A stretch of DNA of 64,000 nucleotides, taken from positions 245,024,001 through 245,088,000 of the forward strand of contig OZ024742.1 of NCBI GenBank assembly GCA_964016885.1. Direction: 5' to 3'. Under the pieces are notes generated by a model. It was not told where the DNA came from. It was given only the letters and a program-made list of their open reading frames with translations, and searched no databases. Position 1 is the first letter of the stretch. Each line of letters opens with the position of its first letter. The position numbers and the translations under genes were made by a program. Positions 1 through 15,655 of the stretch are shown piece after piece. Source of the DNA: Eledone cirrhosa. Lineage: Eukaryota.

Positions 1-75
1 ATAATTGTTTCTACTTTTGGCACAAGGCCAGCAATTACCCAGTACATTACTGGTACTTTATTTTATCGACCCACT
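1..75 (-). mobile_element. tRNA-derived SINE, 3' fragment
   Basis: Reverse complement gives ggggtcgataaaataaagtaccagt...gctggccttgtgccaaaagtagaaacaattat, matching SINE copies at 8639, 13561, 14836 and 57370. Confidence 0.75.
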
Positions 76-178
76 GTATGTTCATTTAAAAACATTTTGA
101 AGGCCTTTCACTATAAATTCAAGGTAGCGACAATAGTCACATCCCTAGCTTCAGCAAAAATAAAGGGAAATAATCTCC

Positions 179-251
<73 letters not shown>

Positions 252-322
252 GTATATATTTATATGTATATATATATATATATGTATATATTTATATATA
301 TATATATATATGTATATGTATA

Positions 323-371
<49 letters not shown>

Positions 372-382
372 GTATATGTATA

Positions 383-430
<48 letters not shown>
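179..430. repeat. (TA)n microsatellite with TG interruptions
   Basis: Direct; abuts the 3' end of the LINE. Confidence 0.95.
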
Positions 431-4878
<4,448 letters not shown>

Positions 4879-5109
4879 GTTTCAGATTATCGTTAAGGGT
4901 GAAAGCAGCGATTCTTTGCTTAAACTTTAATCTGTTCTTATAATAAATATTTTCTCTACGGGTTTATATATATTATATATATATATAATCCTTATCGAGC
5001 CATCTTCGTATTTTAGTCTTGACATTTATTATTACTATATATATATGATGATTTCTCCCGAATGAAACAGTTCTAGTCCCGTTGAAGCCATTTCTATATC
5101 CCCCCTCCA

Positions 5110-5245
<136 letters not shown>

Positions 5246-5348
5246 GTGTATCAATGAAGTAATTCCGCCGGAAAGGTCCAGTAAAAAAGAGTGCTCTATG
5301 TAGGTTACAGAGCTTATTAGTTATGTAATAAACAACATAAGATAATTA

Positions 5349-5408
5349 TTTCATTTACCAGTGGTTTCTTGAAAGCAAACAAATTTGCTTTCATTCATCA
5401 GAATGAAA
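5349..5408 (-). ncRNA. Type I hammerhead ribozyme motif (family A)
   Basis: Minus strand: TTTCATT-CTGATGA-a-TGAAAGCAAA tttg TTTGCTTTCA-a-GAAA-CC act GG-TA^-AATGAAA; 7-bp helix I, 10-bp helix II. Confidence 0.8.
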
Positions 5409-5659
5409 AAATGCTGGTGTATTTATTGAAAGTGGATTTGCAAAACATAATAAATATGAAAGTGAGGCCGGAGGAAGAAGAAGAAAAGCGGAAAAAGAAT
5501 AATAAATATAAAGGTATATAAACACACACACACATACGCACACATACGCACACACACATATACAATATATATATATGTATATATACATATATACACACAC
5601 ATATATATATATGTATATTATGTATATATCCACACATACACATACACATAAATACACAA

Positions 5660-5723
<64 letters not shown>

Positions 5724-5725
<2 letters not shown>

Positions 5726-6110
5726 TGGCTGCCAACTCGTTTTCGAGTACGGCCACTACTTTATATCCATGTAGGGGAACTTCTACCGATGCGCTGAACG
5801 AGTGTGACTTTTTAGTCCAGCCAGTGACTTGAAAACTCTGGTACAAACACTACACTTGTGACAATTATTGACACATAGTGCTGGGCCCATGGTACCATGT
5901 GACGACAAGTGCAGAGAGATCTCCATATATAAAGCAATGCCTGTGCCGTGAAGCTTTTATAGTGAGCAAAGGCACTGCACAAAGCCAGGCCCACTCTCTT
6001 AACCAAGATGATATTTACCAAAAAGAAGAACAAGTCAACATCATTGGATACCATCAGGGTTGCAGGTGTTATATCAGAGTTTTCCTTCTCCTAGAATTCT
6101 GCCTTGACAA
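5724..6110 (-). mobile_element. Partial copy of ~600-bp non-autonomous repeat with RTE-5'UTR-like head
   Basis: Near-identical to 33707-34310 and 49722-50320. Confidence 0.75.
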
Positions 6111-6500
6111 ATATATATATATACACACACATACATACACACATATACACACATACATACGCACACACATATATATATATATCTTATATGTGTGTGCGTA
6201 TGTATGTGTGTATATGTGTGTATGTATGTGTGTGTATGTATGTGTATATGTATATATATATGTGTTTGTATATTTATGTGTATGTGTATGTGTGGATATA
6301 TACATATATATATGTATATGTATGTGTGTGTGTATATATATATATATGTGTGTGTGTATATATGTATGTGTGCGTGTGTGTTTATATACCTTTATATTTA
6401 TTATTCCTTTTCCCCTTTTCTTCTTCTTCCTCCAGCCTCACTTTCATATTTATTATATTTTTGTTTTGCAAATCCACTTCCAATAAATACACCAGCATTT

Positions 6501-6560
6501 TTTCATTCTGATGAATGAAAGCACATTTGTTTGCTTTCAAGAAACCACTGGTAACTGAAA
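6501..6560 (+). ncRNA. Type I hammerhead ribozyme motif (family A, inverted partner of 5349-5408)
   Basis: TTTCATT-CTGATGA-atgaaagca..tgctttcaa-GAAA-CCACTGG-TA^-actgaaa. Confidence 0.72.
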
Positions 6561-6605
6561 TAATTATCTTATGTTGTTTATTACATAACTAAATAAATAT
6601 ATATA

Positions 6606-6697
<92 letters not shown>

Positions 6698-6823
6698 GAG
6701 GTTATATTTAATTTGTTGGGATACAACAAGCAAAATATTTTTATAACTGATATAAAGCACTCAACAAATTATTGGAGTAAATATACAATATATTAACAAA
6801 TGGAAACTATATTTATAAAACCA

Positions 6824-6893
6824 TTTATTTTATCTGATGAAAGCGCACCATAGTTTGCCTTGGTGGCCCTTGAAATATGTATAATGAAATAAA
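6824..6893 (+). ncRNA. Type I hammerhead ribozyme motif (family B) inside ~50-bp inverted arms (6781-6938)
   Basis: ttttat-CTGATGA-aagcgcacca..tggtggccctt-GAAA-tatgta-TA^-atgaaat. Confidence 0.68.
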
Positions 6894-6929
6894 TATGGTT
6901 TTATAAATATAGTTTCCATTTGTTAATAT

Positions 6930-6960
<31 letters not shown>

Positions 6961-6964
<4 letters not shown>

Positions 6965-8210
6965 GGAAAAAATGAAAGAAATTTCATTTCCCACTCTTAG
7001 TACGGCTGTTACTTAAATATAAGTATGTACACGTACATACATATATGTATACAGACGTACAGTAGTATGTATATATATATACATACATGCACACATATAT
7101 ATATATATGTACGTATGGATTCACCGAACATTTATATGGACGTACAGTAGTATGTATATATATATACATACATGCACACATATATATATGTGTACGTATG
7201 GATTCACCGAACATTATAATGCTCGGTGTGTTTGTAAACAAACATCCATATTAAGCCGTAGTGTCTAGCAACCATCGTTGCTCGTTTGTTCAACACTGAA
7301 AAAGGAACGCTGTACTAGTTTCAAGCTTATTAGCTATCGTCAGCAACGTATACCTTCCTGCCAGATTGTTGAACGTATATACTTACCTTATGCATATTAA
7401 CGGCTGAGTAGCCCAATTTGCATATCGAGTGGGTTAATCGGCCAGGTGCACCGAAAACGATAAACGGAAAAAATGAAATAAATTTCATTTCCCACTCTTA
7501 GTACGGCTGTTACTTAAATATAAGTGTGTACACGTACATACATATATGTATACAGACGTACAGTAGTATGTATATATATATACATACATGCACATATATA
7601 TATATGTACGTATGGATTCACCGAACATTTATTATAATGCTCGGTGTGTTTGTAAACAAACATCCCGTATTAAGCCGTAGTGTCTAGCAACCATCGTTGC
7701 TCGTTTGTTCAACACTGACAAAGGAACGCTGTACTAGTTTCAAGCTTATTAGCTATCGTCAACAACGAATACCTTCCTGCCAGATTGTTGTATGTATGTA
7801 TGTACGTGTACATACTTATATTTAAGTAACAGCCGTACTAAGAGTGGGAAATGAAATTTCTTTCATTTTTTCCGTTTATCGTTTTCGGTGCAACCGGTCG
7901 ATTAACCCACTCATATGCAAATTGGGCTACTCAGCTGTTAATATGCATAAGGTAAGTATATACGTTCAACAATCTGGCAGGAAGGTATACGTTGCTGACG
8001 ATAGTTAATAAGCTTGAAACTAGTACAGCGTTCCTTTGTCAGTGTTGAACAAACGAGCAACGATGGTTGCTAGACACTACGGCTTAATACGGGATGTTTG
8101 TTTACAAACACACCGAGCATTATAATAAATGTTCGTACATATATATATGTGTGCATGTATGTATATATATATACATACTACTGTACGTCTGTATACATAT
8201 ATGTATGTAC

Positions 8211-8215
<5 letters not shown>
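6961..8215. repeat. Unclassified interspersed repeat, tandem plus inverted copies
   Basis: 6961-7460 repeated from 7461 and inverted at ~7795-8215; further copies at ~34310-34990 and 52412-52792. Confidence 0.75.
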
Positions 8216-8274
<59 letters not shown>

Positions 8275-8638
8275 AAAATGAGGTTTTTTTTTTCCAAAAT
8301 GAAAAACAAAACGAGATGTACTACACGAGTGAAAGTATAAGGAAAAAAGATGAAACCGAAAATGCAACTGGGGTCATTTTAAGAATATTTTTGAAGGGAT
8401 TTTTTTTTTTAAAAAGAAGAATGTTATTTTTATCTGGAAAAGCATATGCAGAGTAGTTGATTAATTGAGTATAAGCAATTAAGCAGATTTTAAAAAATAG
8501 TTTATATTACATAGGAATATTAAATGCATGCTTACTTATTAAATATATTCTTCTCTCATAGAGAAAACAATGTTTTAAGAAACATTTCTATGGCGTTAAT
8601 TCTGATACGCAAGCAGTGTTGCATAACGAATGATATTA

Positions 8639-8817
8639 GGCAGTATAGGTAGAGCATCAGACACTACGCTTTGCGGCATAGGAATTATGACCCTTTACGT
8701 TCTGAGTTCAAATCCCGCCAGGTTAACTTTGCCTTTCATCCTTACGTGGTCGATAAAATAAAGCGCCAGTAATGTACTGTGGTAATTGCTGGCCTTGTGC
8801 TAAAAGTAGAAACATTA
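8639..8817 (+). mobile_element. tRNA-derived SINE
   Basis: A-box-like ggcagtataggtagagc, B-box gagttcaaatccc, shared body ttaactttgcctttcatcc...gtcgataaaataaag. Confidence 0.8.
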
Positions 8818-9099
8818 TATAACTGTGTTATAATTTATTTCAAAGTGATACAAATGTCTTAAACGCTTCTCCGATTGTGGGTTGTAGCGTTATTTGCAGT
8901 CACTTTGAACATATTTTTATATTTTACTTTACCTGCTCTCTTTCCACCTCTTTCTTTAATTTGGTCACGGACTTTTGTATTTATGTATCTGATTAAAAAT
9001 AAATTACAACTCACATTGGGAGTGCGTGTGTTGGTGAGAAAGTGTGTGAGTGGTTTCTACATATATACATATAGATTTCTAAGATTTTCCACTTGAACA

Positions 9100-11395
9100 C
9101 CCCTGTTTTTTTAGGTCCTTCTCCAGGCTCCCACTCCTTCTTTTTTGTCTTCTGTTGTCTTCGGATCCGGTGTAGGTGAGATATGCCTCCTTCGTATCCC
9201 ACTTCCCCATGATTCCAGTTTCTCCCCTCTACCCATCCACCGTTGAGCTAAGCGCCCTGGCCGGAGACAACCAGCCACAGACCCATGTTTCCGCATAGTG
9301 CTCCAGTCCCCGGCTCTACGCCCTACCCTCTATCCCAACAAGGCGACACATGCAGCACATGCACCACCACGAACAGGTAGAAAAAAGGCTGGAACTGTTC
9401 GGGGTGCGGCTGTTTCCACCACGTTTCTTGTGTTGGCCTGACGCGACGAGCCTCCAGTGCCCTCACAGCGTGGAGATGCAGCAACTGACTCTTCCGATCA
9501 TCTGCACAGCTTCGGCCGTCATCTACACCATCAAATGAGACAGCGAGCTTTTCGGATGCTCAAGTCTCGCTGGTCAGCATCAGGCGGCTACGGAAGATTC
9601 CGCTCAAGATCCCAAGAGCAGCCCGGGTGCCGGTGGCCGACGCCCTCGCATCCTCAATCGAGAGGAACCTGGACTCTAATCGATCTAGTGACTGGGAGCA
9701 CCTCTTCTATTTCGCCTACATAACGTCGGCCTAATCAACTCTGGTGCTGACCGAGGCGGCCTGTCGACAGCAGCTTTTGTCAATGCCAACGTTTCCTCCT
9801 TTAGGCAAGCGGCCATCCGAAGTATGCCCAATAACGCCACACCTTCTGCTCTCATATGTCATCTATTCTCCGCTCTTGAGGCCAGCACAAAATGTTTACG
9901 TGACCGGGTAAACGCCAAACTAATCGAGTCAGAATGGTCGCCTTGGAGGACACCGTTCTCCACCTCACCGAGGAGGACTTCACTGCTTTTTGGCTCAAGA
10001 TATCCTGAGCCACCCGCAGACCTCAGACCCATAGACCCATCTGATCATCACCTGCTCTTTTTGACATCAAACGCAGACTGTCTGCCACGACCTGAGATCG
10101 GTGATTCCAGAATCGGCCTTGAGGTCAACTCGTCCAGGTCGGAGGTGATGAATGTCAACTACGACGCAGAGGGCTTTGCAGCCTCCGTCTCTGACATGCG
10201 ATCCATTTTCTGCTGGGTGCAGGTGACCCCGAAAGAGGATGTCTTCATCCTCGGGTCGCCGATCCTGCCGCGGGCCATTGGCTTCAGCAGCTCCAAACCC
10301 TCAAAAGCACACTGTGCATGATTGGCGCCCATCCAGCCCTCTTCCTGTTGAGGAACTGCTTCACCATGCCGAAGCTCCTCTATACACTTCGTAGCGCTCT
10401 TTGCTAGAGCCACGCATCTCTCCTCACTGACCTCGATACTTGTATCCGATCGGCAGCTGAGAAGATATGCAATGTCAGATTTGACGATTTTGGATGGCAA
10501 CAGGCCACCTTACCTGTTAGAAACTGTGGCCTTGGTCTCGTATCTCTCTGGCTTTGCCCGCATTTTTTTTTTGTCGGTAACCTCTTGCCATGTTCTCATC
10601 AACAGGGTTCTCCACAACACAACGGAACCCACTGTGATCGAGGAACGCGAGGCCGCCTGCGAGACTTGGAACCGGCTCGGACTCCGCCCAGTAGATGTCC
10701 TTCTTCCCCTTCCCCCTGCAAACGTCAAATCCACACTAGAACATATGGGATGCCATACAGTGCAACATGGCCTCGGTCAGGCTAGCGCGCCAGCTTGACC
10801 AGCACATCCTCACATGTTTTCGCTTGGCCTTGCAACCTCACAGCGGTGCCTGGCTCAATGACTTACCCTCCTTTTCGACTGGCACACAGCTGGATAATGG
10901 TAGCCTGCGAATCGGAGTTTCCCTGAGGCTTGGCCACACAAATGTCGCTGCGTATCAACCGTAGACTCTTTCGGCCTCCACTTGCTGTCCTGTCACTACA
11001 ATACCGGCCACCTTTTACGCCATGCTGCTCCCAATGAGGTTATAAAGCATGGTTTGGATGCTGCAGGCTTCCCCTCCCAGCTCGAGCCGGCGGAGATGGA
11101 CCGAGGGGACGGCAAAAGGCCAGACGATATGACCATTTCCCGTGCCGCGGCGGTAAACCCCTCATCTGGGATGCCACATGCAGCGACACATTCTCCAGCA
11201 GCAACCTGGTGTAGTTTGTGACTAACCCAGGCTCTGCTGCACTTCGGGCCGAGGAGAGTAAACTCACCAAATATCAGTTGCTCTCCGACAGGTTTGTGGA
11301 CGAGCCCGTTGCAGTGGAGACTTCAGGTCTCCTTGGTCCTAGGACTACCTCCCTACTCACCACCTTCGGCACAAAGCTGGCTAACAACAAGAGGT
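9100..11395 (+). mobile_element. Decayed CRE-like non-LTR retrotransposon with restriction-like endonuclease
   Basis: Frameshifted peptides IGLEVNSSRSEV, ILGSPI, PHSGAWLN, RHAAPNEVIK..LEP..DGKRPD, AEESKLTKY, PVAVETSGLLGP. Confidence 0.7.
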
Positions 11396-12040
11396 ATGTG
11401 TTCAATCATAGGGGATAGAATACCACTAGAGTGAAAAACATATAAAGAACCTGGAATTTATTCCTTGAGCTCATTAAATTATAGGGGATTAACGTGAGTC
11501 TTTAACTCTGTTTTTTAATTTGATATATTGGCTCCTAATTCATTTCTATATGTAAGTAGAGCCTCTCAAGTTGAATAGTTCTTAGCTGCTGTTTTTAGCA
11601 GTCTTTTGGTCCATTCTCACCACCATGGGCTACATAGCGCTCATGTTTTCTCTTTCCACCATGTGCGGGTATTAGTTATCTGATATAATTTTAGAAGTGT
11701 AGATCATATTGTTGGCCCACCCGTTGATAAGCCATCTACACTTTATTTGTGACAAAACATGCTATAGAGCATGTCCAGGTGTTATAGTTATAAACGGATG
11801 GTTTGTACATTTTAATTCATTCTTTTAATTGAAATGTATTCTCCATTCCTTTCGTAGACAATATGGTTTTCACTCTGGTGGTATTCTACCCCTATGATTG
11901 AACACATACCTCTTGTGTATTTTCTCTATATACTGTCTTATAAAGAGCCCGTAATTCATTCCTTGAGTTCATTAAATTAGAGGGGATTAACGTGAGTCTT
12001 TAACTTCGTTTTTTAATTATATATATATAATATAGAAATG

Positions 12041-12089
12041 GCTTCTACAGGACGAGAACTGTTTCATTCGGGCGAAATCATCAGGAAGC
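12041..12089 (-). ncRNA. Type I hammerhead ribozyme motif (family C)
   Basis: Minus: GCTTC-CTGATGA-tTTCGccCGAAt-GAAA-CAG ttctcgtc CTG-TA^-GAAGC; truncated plus-strand relative from ~5047. Confidence 0.75.
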
Positions 12090-12252
12090 TGACTGTCCAA
12101 GTAGTATGGTGGTATTTATACCTTTTCTGGTGGTAGGAGAGGGTGGTGATTGGGATGGGTGGAGGTCATTGTTTGATGAATTTAAAAAAGGGAATTCTTT
12201 AAAAACTATATTTAGAGTAACAAAGACAGAAAAAAAAATCAAGCTAAGGTCT

Positions 12253-12290
<38 letters not shown>

Positions 12291-12387
12291 AACAAAGGGG
12301 GTGTGGTAAGATACCAGGTGGACCATAACGGTTCGGATCTAGCTGTCGAAACGGCTGGAGCTCAGCCGTCGGGGTCCTGACTCTTTT

Positions 12388-12430
<43 letters not shown>

Positions 12431-12619
12431 TTGGTGAAACGTGCGTCCTCGAGTATGGTTTACTAATTTGTTGTGGAACTAACTCCATACCGAACTAGCC
12501 TCTGGACTTACTGCTCTACTTACTACGGCCATAGATATGATGCCTTAATACATGTCCTCAGTTCATCCGTTGCATTGCCTTTTGGGATGGCTGGGAGAGT
12601 TTACCGGAAATTTTCCGAG

Positions 12620-13255
12620 ATAATGACATTGATGCTACTAAATAGTTAATTGTTGCTCTTGATGTTCAGAAGTATACAATCCAATACTTTGAATGTAACT
12701 TGTGTACTTATCACAAACAATGAGTTTACATATATCCGAGAATAAGACTTAGAGGGAAAGTCTTTCCTGTTTCCTTATGGCAACCTTCATGATATATATT
12801 GAGAACTGATCTATTTACAGTTCTGAAAGTCTCAAATGAAGTAGCAGTCCAATGAAGAAATATCCAGTTTTCTGATGATTCTTCCTAAGTGCATAACCCT
12901 TCTTAATCACTAAATGGCCCTCAACTGCGGCTCTGTGAATACTTCTCTTCCTCGTTTTAGCAGCTGTTGGATTTCGTATACAAAATTTGGGGACCTGATT
13001 GTACAGCAGTGTCTTGGCATACTTACCTGTCTGATTATGTTCTAAGAATGCAGTAGAATTTTTTGTTCTATATTGTCCTTAGAGAAGAATACTTTCTTAT
13101 AGATTCATAAGTATTTGTGTTGATACAGTAGAATGAGTTTTTCTACACTTTTATTTCAAATTATTTAGAACAGTTCCGAGATTAACGGAATCTTACTAGG
13201 TCGATAACAATTTCTTACGTTGCCAAACCCACGTTTTCCTTCTAGGTTTATAGCA
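12620..13255 (+). pseudogene. Possible highly decayed Penelope-type RT fragment
   Basis: FGDLIVQQCLGI at ~12987 resembles the PLE RT motif F.G..Y.Q..GIPMG; otherwise broken. Confidence 0.3.
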
Positions 13256-13310
<55 letters not shown>

Positions 13311-13312
<2 letters not shown>

Positions 13313-13510
13313 CGAAGGAAATGTGGTACGGAACCAGGTGGACCATAACGACCCAAGGTCCTCAATACTTAGGGTAGTAGAGTGGGTAATAGGAACGAGT
13401 AGGACCCCGACGGCTGAGCTCAAGCCGTTTCGACGGCTAATTCTGGACTAATTCAGTCCAGAATTAGCCGTCGAAACGGCTTGAGCTCAGCCGTCGAGGT
13501 CCTACTCGTT

Positions 13511-13515
<5 letters not shown>
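13311..13515 (-). mobile_element. Fold-back repeat (family K) carrying the 3' half of a hammerhead
   Basis: Palindrome 13389-13515; GAAA-CGGCT tgagctc AGCCG-TC motif; (TA)n on both sides. Confidence 0.8.
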
Positions 13516-13550
<35 letters not shown>

Positions 13551-13560
13551 TATATTATAC

Positions 13561-13692
13561 GCCCCTTGCCATTCTGAGTTCAAATCGCGCCGAGGTTAAC
13601 TTTGCCTTTCATCCTTACGGGGTCGATAAAATAAAGTACCAGTAATGTACTGGGTCATTGCTGGCCTTGTGCCTAAAGTAGAAACAATTATA
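13561..13692 (+). mobile_element. tRNA-derived SINE, partial
   Basis: gagttcaaatcgcgccgaggttaactttgcc...gtagaaacaatt. Confidence 0.8.
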
Positions 13693-13824
13693 TTATATTA
13701 TATTATAGTATATTGTATATATACTTCTACGCATTTTAGTTATTTCACATGATCTATGATATTATATTTTGCATCATATATATATATATACATATATATA
13801 TAAATATACATACATACACAGACA

Positions 13825-13901
<77 letters not shown>

Positions 13902-14835
13902 GATATTGTTATGTTATATCTCACACTGGTATATAAATATATATATATATATACGTACGTATATATATATATACGTACGTATATATATATAGAGAGAGAG
14001 TTTGTAGTGCTTAAGTTTTGTTTTGTTTGATATGTCAAAAGGTGGAATAATCCCTGGAGTTTAATCAGGAAACACCACCATCATACATGCACACGTATAC
14101 ATATACATAAACACATGTATATGTATACTACAGTACCCATGTAAATGCATTTTAGATTCTATTACTTTCAATAGCTTTACTATAAAAATCGATTAAAGAT
14201 TAGGGAAGAAAGAAGACTTGTCTTTTCTGTGCGTTCCAACCACACTAAATAATTATAAATATAGTTCACTGTATTTTTGTTTATTAAATAAACTAGCAGA
14301 AAAACCACCCGACGGGTGGTTTTCTGCTTTCATGTGTAGTGTGTATATTGATATTATACGCAGGTATATATATACATGTAGATATGATACATCAAATAAA
14401 ATCGTAATTAACAATATACACAGAAATTGAAGAGAGACTGTGTTACACTGTCTTATGTAATCAGTAACGTAATCCATGATTAAAAAAAGACGATATTATA
14501 TATAAACTGCATTAGGAGAAAATTAGTGACAGAAATATATGAATATTTATTTAAATGATCACTAACCGGAAGTGTTGATATTTGAAAAGTGAATTTTTAA
14601 ATAAGTAATAAAATATATTTAATGAACAGCCACGAAATTTAGTAGATAAATTATGTAATATTCATTCATTATTTATTCAAAGTAATCCAACTTATTTTAC
14701 TAAGGGGATAAAAAATTACAAACCGTACGCAGTCCCGCGCTTCTTACTTTATTATAGTTTAGATGTAAATAAACTATAGGCGTGTAAGATATTCAACATA
14801 TTCAAAATATCTAAAGCAACCGCCAAACCGGTGGA

Positions 14836-15016
14836 TTGGCAATATCGGTAGAGCGTCAGACCCCATACTTTGCAGCATATCCTGCCGAGGTTAGCTTTCC
14901 CTTTCATCATTACGGGGTCTGTAAAATAAAGCACCAGTAATGCACCGGGGTCGAGTTAATCGACTTTCCCCTACCCTAAAATTGCTGGCCTTGTGCCTAA
15001 AGTAGAAACAATTATT
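14836..15016 (+). mobile_element. tRNA-derived SINE
   Basis: Same head and body as 8639 and 57370, with B-box region deleted. Confidence 0.75.
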
Positions 15017-15655
15017 TCTACAAATTGTTTTTGGTTTCAGTTATGAGAAAATGGGTCGGATGAGTTACCAATCCCTTTAGTGGTTAGTATGTTTTAAAAA
15101 GTTCTACTGATAAAGGGAATAATTCGTACAATAGTCTCGACAACATCGAGTAAATTGTGGCGAATGCACGTACATAGATTTCTATAAGTATAGTCGAATT
15201 AAATTGTATTTTTGATTTTAGATGCTTCAATTGGATATGCTACACTATATTGTACGTTTACTAGATATTTAAAAAAATTGTACTAAGCCCGAGTAATATT
15301 GATGAGCTAGGGTTACCCTCCACTTCCACCAAGCGTGAACCTAATACAACTGTGTATAATTGCCTCCTGTGTTTTGTTTGTTCATTTTAAACTATATATA
15401 TATATATATATAAATATATATATATATGAGAGAGAGAGAGATGCAGGGGTTTTTAAAAATTGTCATTTGAGATGGAAATATCCCCGAAATATAAAGTATA
15501 GGACAAGGAAACTGAGCAGGCTTAATGATGAGCAACGTAAGGTTTATTCCTCAACATTTGTCAGCGTTATAACATGAATTGACAATATATAGTAGTAGTT
15601 TCTGGGATAGTCACATTTTAAATATCTAATTTTTTGAAACACCTTGTATATATAT

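Noticed and set aside
5812-6110. ~80-aa ORFs on both strands recurring at 33916-34221 and 49812-50117
   Set aside because: Recurrence reflects near-identical repeat copies; no recognisable protein motif
7398-7470. Hammerhead-like ctgagta...gaaa-acga-ta
   Set aside because: Lacks the conserved G8 and has no convincing helix I
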